From Antedon mediterranea (lineage: Eukaryota; Animalia; Echinodermata): a stretch of 64,000 nt of DNA. The stretch spans positions 13,127,432 to 13,191,431 of the forward strand of contig NC_092679.1 in the NCBI RefSeq assembly GCF_964355755.1. The letters run 5' to 3'. A model generated the notes under the pieces. It did not search any database, was not told where the DNA came from, and was given only the letters and a program-made list of their open reading frames with translations. This document shows positions 13,923-27,367 of the stretch, piece after piece (position 1 is the stretch's first letter; every line of letters begins with the position of its first letter). The position numbers and the translations under genes are program-made.

Positions 13923-14930
13923 AATTAACAACGCCCTGTTTTAAGCAAAAAGCACACAGGGCTATGGGGTCGAATTACTCGTAGATTTCGTGTCACGTGT
14001 TTTTGTTGACCGGGATTAACCTTTTATTATTTATTACGAATTTATAGGGCGTCAAAGAGACGACTCAGTCGTATGATCGTTTTTCATATATTGTATTTAT
14101 TAATAATTCAGTGAAATGATCATATCGGGGATCATAATTATACACGTACTGTGGATTAACAACGCCCTGTTTTAAGCAAAAAGCACACAGGGCTATGGGG
14201 TCGAATTACTCGTAGATTTCGTGTTACGTGTTTTTGCTGACCGGGATTAACCTTTTATTATATAAAAAAACACGCATTTATAGGGCGTCAAAGAGACGAC
14301 TCAGTAATGCCGTATGATGGTTTTCCATATATTGTATTTATTAATAATTCAATGAAATGATCATATCGGGGATCATATACACGTACTGTAAGGCATGCAG
14401 GGCTATGGGGTCGAATTACTCGTAGATTTCGTGTTACGTGTTTTTGCTGACCGGGATTAACCTTTTATTATAAAAAAACACGCATTTATAGGGCGTCAAA
14501 GAGACGACTCAGCAATGACGTATGATCGTTTTCCATATATTTTATTTATTAATAATTCAGTGAAATGATCATATACACGTAGCCTACTGTAAGGCATTTA
14601 AACATTTTGGAAGATTTTCTTCTATAACATGCAGCTATGTGTTTTTGCTGACTGAGGATTCCTCTTTTATATTAAAAAAACGCATTTGCAGTGTGTCAAA
14701 AAATAGACAACGCAATGTGGCGTATGATCGTTTTCTATTTATTTTTTTTCTTAAATAATTCAGTAAAATGATCTGTTTGTTTACGGCAATTAAACATTTT
14801 TGGTAGATGTTTCCTCAATAACAGCTATAGCTACGTGTTTTTGCTGACGAGGGATTCTCTTAAAAAAAAAAAAAAACGCATTCTATAATGTGTCAAATAA
14901 GACAAATTAATGACCTACGACCGTTTTTCC
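13923..14930 (+). repeat. Tandem repeat with ~180-240-bp units (three good copies, then degenerate)
   Basis: cagggctatggggtcgaattactcgtagatttcgtg recurs at ~13957, ~14188 and ~14398; degenerate units follow. Confidence 0.85.
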
Positions 14931-15229
14931 ATGGCAACGGATGCCGTATTATTTACTAAAATAATATATACGTTCTGAATGCCTACCTCCACGTGTCTGC
15001 GATAAGATGATTTTTTTTAGTTTTAGTAGTATGTATTTCGGTTTTTTAGTCATAATAATACAGTAATATTCATTATAAAATGAAAACGTACAGCAGCAAA
15101 TGTCGTACGTCGTTTTTAATTAAATGTTAAATTATTAGGGGTTACCTTTTATTATTATTCTCACATCCGTCATTGTATAGGCCTACTAGGGGATTTGTTT
15201 TATAAACGGCAATAGGCCTAATCTACTTT

Positions 15230-15894
15230 CATTATTCTAATGCTCACTTAGCAGCAAAAATGAGGCTGGTATCCACTTAAATAGTTTCGTGATTTTAAAA
15301 TATGAGTGACTACTTGAAAATGTATTAAATATTTTCGAAATGTTAAAACATTTTAATATTTTCCAAAAATTGCAAAACAAAACAACAAAAACCATTTTTA
15401 AAACGATGTTCAAAAAGCACATTCGGCCTACTTCATTATCTGTAAAATAAAATGAAAATACAAATTATGTATAACAGATATTCATGTTTACTTTTAATAA
15501 TTCAAGTTTTCATCATCACAGACTAGTGGGTATTTCAATTTCCGTGTACTACTATTCGTAGTAAATAATAGATTAATAACTATTCATAAATGAAAAAAAA
15601 TAGAATGCAGCACAGCCGACCACTGACATCTTCAATAGAGCCATATAATATATGGCTCTATTGAAGATGTCAATGAAGTAGGCCGAATGTGCTTTTTGAA
15701 CATCGTTTTAAAAATGGTTTTTGTTGTTTTGTTTTGCAAGTTTTGGAAAATATTAAACTGTTTTAACATTTCGAAAATATTTAATACATTTTCAAGTAGT
15801 CACTCATATTTTAAAATCACGAAACTATTTAAGTGGATACCAGCCTCATTTTTGCTGCTAAGTGAGCATTAGAATAATGGCTCTGATCTTCAAT
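15230..15894. repeat. ~208-bp near-perfect inverted repeat (15230-15437 / 15672-15879) with an internal perfect hairpin at 15624-15672
   Basis: Mirror ORFs 15237-15422(-) and 15687-15872(+) are nearly identical; hairpin tgacatcttcaatagagccatata-a-tatatggctctattgaagatgtca. Confidence 0.9.
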
Positions 15895-16149
15895 GTAAAA
15901 CAGCGCCCTCAAGTATTAACTTGACCTAATACGACGTACCAAATACGATGAAAGCTGTGCTTTTTTTCGTACGAGTCTGTACATATTATTATACTTTTTA
16001 GGTCAATAGTTTTTGCCATTATAATATCGAACATATGATTGGTATCTAAAAATGTAATAAAACTGGGTTTAAATGTAATATAAATATACTTTAAATAGCA
16101 TTAAACTTGGGTACGGGCAGCCAATGATGGGATAACAATATTACACTTT

Positions 16150-16700
16150 AGATGATCCGAATTTGCCTAATTAATTATATGCAAATTTGATTTAAATTTT
16201 AAAATCAAGGTGGTTCTTTAGACATTGTTTAATTGAATCCAAATAATAATTTAAGATCCTTCTTGCGTGATTAATGTATGAAGGAGCTTATTACAAATTA
16301 TACATAATCCTATTAATGTTATTAATATGCATATTTTCATTTCGAAAATTCACTATTAAAACAAAAATACGACATTTGCAATGTTAATTTCGAATAATAT
16401 GCAAATTTTATTCTAATTTATTCCTAACGCGTGTTTAATCTTTCTATTGACCATGAAAATGTGAGTTTTACTGCTTAGTTTGATTGAATTGCAGCATTTT
16501 ATGCACATTTATAAAGAAAATAGATTAATTCATCATGAAAAAAGGCTAATTTGCATATTATGCAAATTAGACAAATTTTCCATGTTGGGATTTTGGGGGA
16601 CTTTTAGTATAGTGTTTAGGGGACCATACTAAAATGTATTGTAGTAAAAAAAATTCTTTTGCAATTAGTGGTGGGTGAATGTACTATTTTGACTGGACTA
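16150..16700. mobile_element. Solo terminal fragment of an Academ-type DNA transposon
   Basis: Ends in gtactattttgactggacta (reverse complement TAGTCCAGTCAAAATAGTAC) with repeated tatgcaaatt motifs, recalled as typical of Academ ends. The left boundary is approximate. Confidence 0.55.
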
Positions 16701-16997
16701 ATTGTATTTGATGCAGAAAATATTTTTAAAATACTGTACAGTAAACATCCAAAACAATAATATTTAGATTTATTTGGTAATTTTCTCTGCAGAATATGAG
16801 AATAGATAGTTGAAATCTTAAAAAATTAAACCAATTCATCATGATGGAAACACAAAATTATAAAACAAAAATACATCCCTCCTGGTGTAATCTAGCCCTA
16901 GCTAGCAGTGTACGACCTAGGCCTACTACACTCTACTTCTAGAAACAGAAGGAGGCAGCAGTAAGCCTACTCGAGACTGCCAGTGCTAGTAGAGTAG

Positions 16998-18111
16998 TAC
17001 CCCTTTTACACTATCGACTGAGAGAGGAACACGAGTTGAACTCGGAGGCAATTTCCATTTACACTAGCCAAAAAAACTGCGAGATGAACTCGAGTTGCGC
17101 CCATTTACACTACATCGATCACCCCGGTGCTGTCAATCAAATCACTACGTGGAACTTAACTGCCTAATGGTTTAAATGTTAAAATACTGGAACATATCGA
17201 CAAATCTCATATAAAAACATAATAATCCGAATTTACACACAATTTATTTAATTTTGAATGTAGTCCAGTGTTATATTTTCTTTGTGGCTATTAAGATTAT
17301 CATTTATTATTTTAAAAATTAGAGCCTAAAAATTATTTTTCTTTTTAAAATGACTGCATTTCCGCCTTGTAGACTGTACGTACAAATAGGCCTTAAATTG
17401 TTAGGTTGGCGTAAAAATAGGGTAGATATGGTAAGTATTTAAAATAAAAAATGTATTTGTTAATTATCATAACAATGTATCAATGAAGGAAAATTATTAT
17501 ATGGTAGGCCTACTTTTTCAGTTCCTAAAGACGTCAGTATTATACCGGTATATATTTTTCCCTTTTTCAATAATTAGGCCTACATAGAATCGGCCAGGTT
17601 AGAGTTACACCAATATTACATTATTTTAGGCTTTCTGGTAAGGTAGAATGCACACGAACAATTTCAATATTTTCAGCAGAAAAAAAAATCACAAATTTGT
17701 TTTTGCCTTTAAATATAAATAAATAATAAAATAACGAACAGCACAATATATCGTACAATTATTATTTTAAGCAAAAAGGGTGTATTTTAAGCAAAAAACC
17801 TATTTTGTTTGCATAATATATTGTATTTCTGTGACAAATTGTTACATTTTCACGTCAATGACCTTTAACAGCTCGGTGTTGAACCACAAAAACCGTTTAC
17901 ACTTCGTGTCCCCGGTGTAGATTCGACTACACCGGAGAAGGTACACCGGAAAACATTCAGCCTACGTTTCACCCCGGGGAGACCACACCGGGGTGGTTGG
18001 ATTTTCCCATTTACACCAGTCAATAAAAACCACAACACCGGCGTTTAACGATCCGGTGTACTAACAACTGCGGGGTTACACCGCTGTTACAGTGATAGTG
18101 TAAAAGGGGTA
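16998..18111. mobile_element. Non-autonomous TIR element (PIF/Harbinger-like MITE)
   Basis: TIR taccccttttacactatc / gatagtgtaaaaggggta; flanking TAG duplication (16995-16997, 18112-18114; a TA TSD is the alternative reading); subterminal tttacac/caccgg repeats. Confidence 0.8.
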
Positions 18112-18379
18112 TAGTAGACTAGCACAGTAGCAGCAAATTCGGGCCTAGGCCTAGCTAGGCCTCTCCTGCTAGCGAAACAAAAACTCACCTAAATAAATAA
18201 GATTCAACATCAAAGTTACCAACTGCAGTTGTAACTTAGCATTCTTCTAGCTATAGTTTTCATGTTTTCTTCAAGATTTGTCTCGCGTCACTCTACTCGA
18301 CTCTCTTGCATCGCGTTGTTGGCTGTTTGTTGAGAGCATGCATGCATCATCCACCCAATGTATCCATACAAATTATAAA

Positions 18380-18590
18380 TATTTATGAGCTAACTCAGGT
18401 CAAAGGTTAAATTAAACCGGAAAACATTTGTCTTCCAGACAAATCCCTTCCGGTTGGTTAATTTTGCTTTAAATTACGATTTTCTATCAAATTTGAGGTC
18501 AAAGTGAATAACTTTTATGTGCAATTAAAATGGCCTATTCAACAAAAATATTAACAAACTAATGTTTTTAGGGGGACAATATATCTTTAA
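18380..18590. mobile_element. Right end of a Kolobok-like MITE related to 46208-46742
   Basis: Ends ggacaatatatct-TTAA and shares aaagtgaataacttt with ~46651. Confidence 0.5.
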
Positions 18591-19489
18591 AAAAACTTTA
18601 CTAAACATTCGAAAACTTGTGGGATGCGAGGCCATTATATTTTTTCCAATAAAAACAAAATCGATAAAAATTTGTTTTTTAACTTAATGTGAAAAGGTTA
18701 ACTACTAAAAATAAATATTATAATATTATAATATGGTTTAATATAAAAAATATAAAAATTGTATTTCTATTAGTATTAAATTAAATTGCAAATTACGATT
18801 AAATATTAAAATGAAATACCATAATAGATTTATTTATTTAAAAAAAATACAATTTGACAAGATATTCATAATAACATACAACAACCACTAAAAATTAAAT
18901 CAAAATAAATAGAATTTATAAAAATTAACAAAATAAAATAGTTTAAAAAATGATTAGAATCAAAAAGGAAATAAATTAATATAAATAATTATATAAAAGT
19001 TACATATATAATAAACAGTGTAATAATCTTATTAATTACTAATGATGTATTTTTTTTAAATAATAATATTTATGTAGTACGGATAATAATAAAATAATAA
19101 AATATACTCCATTCTAAAGGTTTGCATTTTACTTCTGTAGATTATTTGGATTTTACTCTTTAATTTTATTACCGGTTGTACTTATATAATTTGCTCCCTT
19201 ATTTATTAAAATTTAAATATTTTTGATTGCTTTTCTTCTGTTTTTCACACTGTCCTGTACATTTTTAACATGTGCCGCTGTGCGGTTTGTTCAACAGGAG
19301 TGTACCAGAAAAAATAATGATTATATACTCTGTATATGGAATATCAGGTAAGAGTGAAATTACCGTTATAGTTAATTAGGTAGCAGATAGAATTAAATGT
19401 GAAACGATAATATAAAATAGTAAAAAGAAAAGTTACATAGAATACAGATCAACTTCTGATTTCTTTCAAACTTGATTACACAACAAATG

Positions 19490-19910
19490 TTAATTCCTTA
19501 TCCTTCTAATATTTCTAAGATGATAGGTTGTTCTACTGGTTATTCTGGAAATTTGTCTACTCATGTTCATTGATGAGTCAAGCAAGATGCCCAAATTCTT
19601 GACATATGGATCAATTTCACACTCTCTGATTCTGAACCTGAGGTCTTTGCATTTCTTTTTTTGATGAGGAGATCCAAAAATAACGAATTCCGTCTTGTCA
19701 TCATTCAGTTTAAGGAAGTTATGAGACATCCAGGTCTTCATCTCCAAAACACAATTTTTAAGAGTCTCAAACTTAACCTCTACATCCACAGTTGGCTTAA
19801 ATGAAATGTAAACCTGGGTGTCATCGGCATATATATATGGTAAGACATTTTAAACCTTGCGACGATTTCATGAATTGGAAGTAAATATATGCTTAATAAC
19901 TGGGGTCCAT
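19490..19910 (-). pseudogene. L2/CR1-group LINE reverse transcriptase fragment
   Basis: YADDTQVYISF..WMSHNFLKLNDDKTE..VKNLGILLDSSM..YHLRNIRRIR. Confidence 0.85.
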
Positions 19911-20685
19911 CTCGTCTGATGTTCAGCTTTCTGCTGGTGTACCCCCTTTGGATGCTCGGGTATCCCTTTTTATTATATAATCGTCGATATGGCTCAGTTC
20001 ATGTCCTCCTGGTCCTGTTGATGTTCATATTCATTTTTCTTATCCAAATGGCTTCTTTTATATTTCTTGATGAGTAGTGTTGTTCTTTGTCTAATATTTT
20101 TGTATTTTGAAAATCTTGTATGTGGATTTCTATGGTGGCGTGATCTGTAATAGCTTATTTGTGTAGAATGTTAGATTGTGAATGGCGAGCGCTCCTAGTT
20201 CTTGTCCCCACCATATTTTTTCCACGTCTGTTTTGTGTTCTATTATTCTTGTTTTTAATGCTCTGCCCGTTTCCCCTATGAATACCTTCTTGCGTGGCAA
20301 CCTACTTGGTTAACTGTACCACACTGTTGATCTTTGTCTATCTTATCTTTGGGATGAACAAGGGTTTCTCTTAATTTGCTTTTGGGAGTGATATATGTGT
20401 TTATGTTGTGCTATTTCAATGCTCTTCTTAGCCTTTGAGTCATTCCCTCGACATACGGTAAACCAATGTTGACTCTGGATTTTCCTTATCTGTTGTTATT
20501 TCTTTGCATTCTGGATAGCCGCATGTTGATAAAACTGCTTTTATATGACTCATTTCTTGTTTTTGTCCTTCTTTTGATACGATGGATTCACATCTATCCA
20601 CTAGGGTGTTGACTACGTGTTCGAGTGGGTGGTTTGATTGAAAATACAGGTATTGGTCTGTGTGTGAAAATTTTCTTTTCTGAAA
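19911..20685 (-). pseudogene. Penelope-like retroelement fragment (RT C-terminus + GIY-YIG endonuclease)
   Basis: HTDQYLYFQSNHPLEH..L..CGYP followed by FIGETGRALKTRIIEHKTDVE (~20285-20222, minus strand). Confidence 0.85.
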
Positions 20686-21930
20686 ATAGCCGAAACGTAG
20701 CAAGTAAGTACTTGGCAACTGGTTTATCAAAAAAGTTAACATTTATCTTTAAATATCCATTTGAGACCAGATGAATTTTTTTTTAGAATCTACATATACA
20801 TAGCCAGCCAATCTCGGATCAGGGATCGCAGTTTTGATTCGATTAGGCCCAGTGTCACAGACTAATAAATAAACATTTATCACACTGATCAGTATAACCA
20901 AGTCTTTATTCGTTTGAGTGTGTTTGTGTGGTAAAAAAGGGTGTGAATCGACACCTCTTTCAATATCTTGCATATAACATCCTAATAAATATAAACGATA
21001 TCTAGTTAGTTATGAACCCATGTACATCAAGATAAAATGCAGTGACATCAAATAAATATAAGCACAAAGGGATCACCCAAAATAAAACCCTGTTTAAGTA
21101 ACCCTGAGATCGAATTTACACAACCATCCCTTTTGTCATAGACACCTACGTGTGCAGGCCTAGACAAACTTTATACAATTTATAAATGCCTGATAACTGA
21201 TAAAATTTTTATCTAATTCGTTGATTATAATTAATACAATAGAATAATAATTCAGATCATATCAACCAAAACATTGATTTAAATGATAACGTTAGTACTA
21301 AACGACCACAACTAGGCCTCGGCCAACCAAGCAGTGAAGAGAATACGCACATGGGTATTCTCGCTGAAAAAATCACTAAAAACTCTACCAAATGTGGTAA
21401 CTATAAAACCCAAATTAAAGTATAAGGTGCAGGGTAACGTAATTAAACACCTATCAATACCTATAATGAACAATATCAAGTAAGACTAAATAAATTCATA
21501 CGTTTTGAGTTGAAAACAACAGTTGTGACTGCCTAGCCGCCATTAACACTTTTTGAACAGTGGAGACAAACTATAGAGGGCGGTACGCATACAAAATTGT
21601 AAATCGCGAACAGCACACCCAGTGATTGGATGTGATGTAGATGACATAACCACTAGCCAATCACCGGGAACTACAATTTAAATATAATCACATCGATAAT
21701 TAAGGAGATTTAATAACGCATTGAATCGACACTGTGAACATGTTTTACTATTTTTAAGAAACTATGTATTATATATATTATTATATGTTGTAATATTTTA
21801 TGCTGGACCTTTTGAAAAACAACAATGCCCCATCTGTGGGACAACGTTGATATTGTTGTCCAGTGGAAATATGTTTATAAATGAAAAAGAAAAAAATAAA
21901 TAAATAAAGAAACCACTGCTTAGCCATATA

Positions 21931-22670
21931 TTAACAAGGCCATATAGATGGCTGCAGTCGCGTGCTTAGTGTTTACCGACCGACCGACCAACCTACCAAC
22001 TGACCGAAATTACTGAACATGTTTAAAAATGTTAAAATGTTTAAAAACAGTTATGTTTTTTCAATTTACACGTGCGTAGCCTGTCACTTTTGACGTGCTC
22101 GTATAACGTAATTTCGAGTTGAAAAGTAAGTCAAGAAAACAGAAATCGGGCAAAAAGAGTGCGCAATAACATTTAACGTGCAGTGCGCGCGCAAAAATCT
22201 GCGCACTCATGGCAATTTTGTAAACGCTTAAAATTGCCTGAAACGTACTCTTATTTCATCGAAAATAAATTTTGAAAATTTTAAGCGCGCGTACACATGC
22301 GTTACATGCGCTACGCACGTAATTGTATTGCCATATGATGATTTATGCCCTGAAATTTATGAGTACCAAATTTTATTTAATTGTGATTCATGGTTGTGAA
22401 GATATGATTACAAACGTGATTTCTTTAAATCGTGCGTAGACCGCGTAATTTTTTATTGCCCACCGTGAAAACATAACCACATCGATTCCTGGCCATAAGG
22501 AATGTACTATGAAAAATTTACTTAGCTAGATTAAACTGATATCAAGATAAGGTCAGAAAGCGATAAAACGCATAGTGATACCGGACCGACAGACAGACCG
22601 ACAGACCGACAGACCGACAGACCGACCGACCGACATAGTGAACTATAGAGTCGCTTCCACGCGACTAAAA
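21931..22670 (-). mobile_element. HINE/DINE-1-like element with (GTC[G/T])n microsatellite; degenerate relative at ~50075-50520
   Basis: Minus-strand 5' end TTTTAGTCGCGTGGAAGCGACT; 3' end CACGCGACT + hairpin GCCAT..ATGGC + CTTGTT; (accg/acag)n at 22580-22635. Confidence 0.75.
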
Positions 22671-23370
22671 ACACGTTTGTTGTACTGCAAACCAAAACAG
22701 ACGGTAACAAAATATGGTCAAATGCATAATTTAATATTCTATAGATTAACGCAATTTTTAATAACAGGAGGTGGCAGGCCAATATGATAATTCAAATATA
22801 AAAATTGCATATTTTTTATTACCAACTACTTAAAATTACTTTTCGTAGTCCGATTGTGATGAAATTAAACAGAATTGTTCAGCAATTTATTGTTGTTGTC
22901 AATTAACCATCGACGCACGCATGTTAATAGAACAATCAGACTGCGCATACGATTTCTACATGGCTACGTTTTGTTCTAAAAAAAAGGTAACAGTTGATTC
23001 GCAGCGTTCTAGAGGGGCGCGGTTCTTGACACGGAGTTCGATGAACGTGTTTGTTTGATTGGCAGCAGTGCTTAAGTATAGGCAAGCGCGTTGGAAAATC
23101 GTTTGATGTCACAGTCGATGCATATCCTTCCATTCCTTAATCCATGATTTAATGCTGACTTCTGAGAAATTAGAAGTTTTGTTTATTAATATTTCTAGAA
23201 TGTTGGTGGTGAGCTAAAGTAGTATACGTATGAAACGCCATATGTGTCAAAATATATATCTTTTTGCTAATATAAATTAGAAACAGTCTTGGACCTAAAT
23301 GAAAAACAGAAATATTATTATAGCGTTTTCTTATAATGGTAACAATTCTATTTTTCTGTATTAAACATAG

Positions 23371-23485
23371 CATGTCCAACAGATTGCAGTTGCGGTTGTT
23401 GTGGTTGGATACTTTGTTCTAGATGGAATACAATTGTACACGCACAGGTCGTTGAGTTCAATAAAAATAATAGTGTAATAGACTT
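23371..23485 (+). CDS. Probable LRR N-terminal cap exon of the LGR gene
   Basis: ag|..|gtaag boundaries; reads CPTDCSCGCCGWILCSRWNTIVHAQVVEFNKNNSVIDL (CPxxCxC..C) and ends in phase 2, compatible with the downstream LRR exons. Confidence 0.55.
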
Positions 23486-23797
23486 GTAAGTATGACTGTT
23501 GATATTGTAAGGCTTAATTTGATTTAAAAGATTCTGTTAGACAAACCATAATTTGTGTGTAATTTAATGGACAGTTTTATTATCAGCGATGTGTTGTCTA
23601 TCGATATAATTATTTTAAAAATTTTGCTGTGAATATTGTAAACAGACCAATTTGTCCAACATTACACACCTGTGTAATTTAATGGTTATTATTGGTATCA
23701 ACAATAATGATGAATGGTAAAAATGGTTGACAATAGTAAAACATGGGAAAACAAAAGTAAAAATGGCAATAATTGTAACGATACAAATGGGGAATAT

Positions 23798-23895
23798 AGG
23801 CAAGGGTTGTTCGAGGCTCACACGCTCCACCATGGTGATTGACTATATGGTTCTCGGAGGACTAAGGGCTATAAACCGTTGGTCCAGTGTACCTA
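23798..23895 (+). mobile_element. Degenerate fragment of the tRNA-SINE seen at 63868-64000
   Basis: ggcaagggttgttcgaggctcacacgctccaccatggt resembles ggcaggggttcgaggctcactcactccatggt. Confidence 0.6.
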
Positions 23896-24267
23896 GGACG
23901 GTCCAGGTACCGCCGCTAATTTTTACTTTTACATTCTTTTTTAAATAGTTACATTGTCAGCGAATGCATTTGCTGATTTGACAGCATTGGGAAGTTTGTG
24001 AGTTTATTACAGTACTTACAGTACCACTGATAATTGTAATTTCTACGTTTGCATTCTTTCTTTAAAGGAATTTGGACAATAATCAAATAGTTACATTGCC
24101 AGCCAATACATTTGCTAATTTGACAGCATTGAAAATACTGTGAGTATATTACTTAAGTTATGTTTAAGGATCAACGAGGATAGCGTCGTCGAATAACATC
24201 GGCTGGAAAACAGGCTTAAGACAGTGGTGCTTATTTAACCATGCAGGACCGTACCACTTGATGTTGG

Positions 24268-24851
24268 TACCTTTCACACCAAAACACCGGGGTGTCCCCG
24301 CAGTTCGCTTTCCGGAGAATGTTCAGCTGTTCAACCACGGAGTTTTAAACTCCGGAGTTGCTTGATTTTACCTTTCACACCAAACAGCGGGGCGTCAACT
24401 CCGGGGTGTCTCCGGAGTGTCTCCGGAGTTTTGCTTTTGGTGTGAAAGGGGTAAAAGGTACCAACATCAAACTCCGGAGTGTTTCGGGTCAAAAGGTTAT
24501 CCTCGCAATCAATTATTTATTTAGTTTTATTTTAAAACACTATAAATATTTGTAAAAAATATATAGCGGGTCTAGAAAATAATAAGTAGTATAAATAAAA
24601 CAATATATTACTTCTGAGACTTTTGAAAGTAATTATTAAATTAAACATATTATTAATTATAAAATGATTCTAATGATCGTCGCTATGTAAACAAACAAAA
24701 TAGAGGGCGACATTTACAATTTTATTTTATAAACCCCGGAGTTGCTAGGTTGGTGTGAAAGGGGTATCTCCGGAGTTTCTCGACGTTTTGAATGGTCATA
24801 AACCCCGGGGTGTCTCCGGAGACACTCCGGAGTTTTGGTGTGAAAGGGGTA
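24268..24851. mobile_element. Rearranged MITE related to 16998-18111 (TACCCCTTTCACACC termini)
   Basis: ggtgtgaaaggggta at ~24439, ~24751 and ~24837; cctttcacacc at ~24270 and ~24371; ctccggag repeats. Confidence 0.65.
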
Positions 24852-27046
24852 TAATAAAACAGAGATACATTTAAAAAACATCATAAAATACCACCCGAAA
24901 GGGGACAAATTGCCATCCAGCGTTTCTATACTAGAATTTTCCGTAGATCACGAATATGGAAGGTAATCGATCAAGATAGGTAGCGTTTTCGAGATACAAG
25001 GGTCAAAGTTCAAAATTGACCAATTACAACAATGTAGATATTATGTATAACAAATTTAACCAAAATTAATAACAAATTTATTGAAGGACAATTTGGTCTT
25101 TTATTACATTTTTATGATTATAGGTGTCTATTCACCTTATGAAAAAATCCTTTGTGATTAAGGGTCAAATGTACAAATACCAAATAAAAACTAAAATTTA
25201 ACAAAAAAATGGATGTTTTCTCATCCTGTTAATCATGCAGTTTTTTGGACAAGTAGTTCTCGAGAAAATGTAATTTTAGTACACTTGTTATTTTAAGACT
25301 GCTCGCCAGCTTCTGAAAATAATATCATTTTTGTTATTTGTGAAGTTATTAATAAACCAATTTTCTTGATTTTCAATAGGCATGGTATGAAAGTATATAA
25401 TATATCTATCTACACCAACAAATTCAGAATAATAACTTACAAACTGTAGGCGCTATCGTGCTAACAAACAAATGAAAGCACTCAGAAACTGAGTGAAGTA
25501 CTTGGCAAAATATATCCACTGATAGGGAGCATGTTAAACTAGAAAGCCACTCGACTCCGAGAGTGCATACCTCCGCCTACTGTAAAATTCTCCTACATAA
25601 GATTTCTGCGGGAATGTATATATCTATATATAAATTATGGTTAATTCTGACATAGGCGAGCACAATGCAAAACTTCGGTACAAATCTCCGTCTTGGATAC
25701 CTACCTTATCTATCCGAGATGTACCGCGAAACGTAGATTTGATAACACTAGTGTGCACGCCGACGCTATTGTTCCATATTTATATCTTAGGAAGATATTA
25801 TAAAGAGTTTTTTAACAACATTTATGATTTCAACATTGGATTTTCCTCTCAATTTCAATTCTTCCCGGTCAAAGTAATTTCCGGGTTTAAGATAAGTTCA
25901 CATTAGTTTCAAATATTTTCTCTCTTTTATACACAAGGGAGCAGTTAAAATAATAGATTTGACCCTAAAGGTGACTGGAAACAGGCACTTTCCATCAATC
26001 AATACAGTGTCCCTTTGGAAGACGAAAAAAAATTGGCCATTAATCATAGCCATTTCAGTTTTTTGTTTATTTTATACCACACGTGTGTGAAGGTACAGTA
26101 GTTAAATAATAGGAATTATACTGCAAATTAATAAAGATCAAATCAAATATACGCCATAAAGAATCAGAATATATTGTGGGGAATAGTATTATAAAATTAC
26201 ATAGGGAGATTTGATAAGACATTTTTCGAGTGAAATCCCGATAGCTGAGTTTTATTGAGTAAGCTTGCAGGAATAACTGTAGGCTATCTTCCTGTGTCCC
26301 GTCAGGACCGAGATGTCTGCCCATGTTGCAAGCCGTAATGTCTTCTTTCTTGGGCCCACTCTGTCACGGCAGTTAGTTTCAAAAGATGATTAAATTAAAT
26401 AATGTATTAATAATTATTAGGATGGTATTCATTTGAATAAACGCCTCTCATATAAAACATCACTTTGAATAATAACCCCCCCGCCCCCCCCCCCCACAAC
26501 CCAACTAATCTAATAAACGTCCATCCACATATTTATAATAACACAATTATACTATTTGTAGTAGAATTCACCGCCCTGTTATCTGCAATTTACCAAGCAT
26601 TTGTTATTCTTTTTTACCACTTTTCATATCTATGAAAGGATTTCATTTGATTATAAATGTTACCATATTATTAGAACTAAAAAATTTAACATATATCCCT
26701 CGAATAAGCACCTCCATCAAATGACCTCCGCCTCCCCAAAGGGCCCTACCAAACAATAAAAACTATACTTTAAAATGTTATTAATCATCTAAAACACTGT
26801 GAAACAAAGTAGTTTAGTTTTACGAATGTCAAGCATTTTCAATAATGGTAACCGACAGAAAATGTATAAGGAGAACATTATCATTCCGAGAACCATCATC
26901 TACACTTCCTAGAGGGGGAGCGAGCGAAGCGAGCTCACCCTCTAGTATATATAAATTTCAGTATATCACCGGGCGGTTTAGAATTAATGTTCTTTGCCTA
27001 ATTTGTTTATATATATATATATATAAACAAATAAGGCAAAGTGCTA

Positions 27047-27047
<1 letters not shown>

Positions 27048-27107
<60 letters not shown>
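27048..27107. repeat. (TA)n microsatellite; a second one lies at ~27371-27405
   Basis: Directly visible. Confidence 0.95.
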
Positions 27108-27110
<3 letters not shown>

Positions 27111-27187
27111 CCTCCACTGATTGTGAGGGCGTTTGTTGTATGAGAGAATGTATCTGGTGGGTGAAAATCTGTGATAATACCATACAT

Positions 27188-27259
27188 GGCTCTGTGGTCT
27201 AGTGGTATGATACTCGCCCTGTAAGCGAGAGGTTGCAGGTTCGAATCCAGCCAGAGACA
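27188..27259 (+). pseudogene. tRNA-like sequence (tRNA-Pro-like body, loop reads TGT); probably a pseudogene or TE cassette
   Basis: GGCTCTG..TGGTCTAGTGG (A box)..CTCGC-cctgtaa-GCGAG..GGTTCGAATCC (B box)..CAGAGAC followed by a T6 run; single mismatches in the acceptor and T stems. Confidence 0.7.
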
Positions 27260-27367
27260 TTTTTTCATACAACTAAAAAATATGGAACTTTCGCCAATGA
27301 GCTATGCTCGACGCGATTATGAGATCATGTTCCGAATATGAGCACTGTTTCTATAATTTACAGTATG

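Noticed and set aside
15237-15872. Two near-identical 61-aa ORFs as duplicated genes
   Set aside because: They are by-products of the inverted repeat, with low-complexity AT-rich codons.
19298-19347. Candidate 50-bp upstream exon (caacag|..|gtaaga) ending in phase 1, compatible with the 23371 exon
   Set aside because: Good splice signals but the peptide is uninformative; needs RNA evidence.
26067-26390. Coding-looking segment, possibly a degenerate LRR exon (YIVGNSII..)
   Set aside because: In-frame stops and no consistent 72/75-bp exon or recognisable motif.
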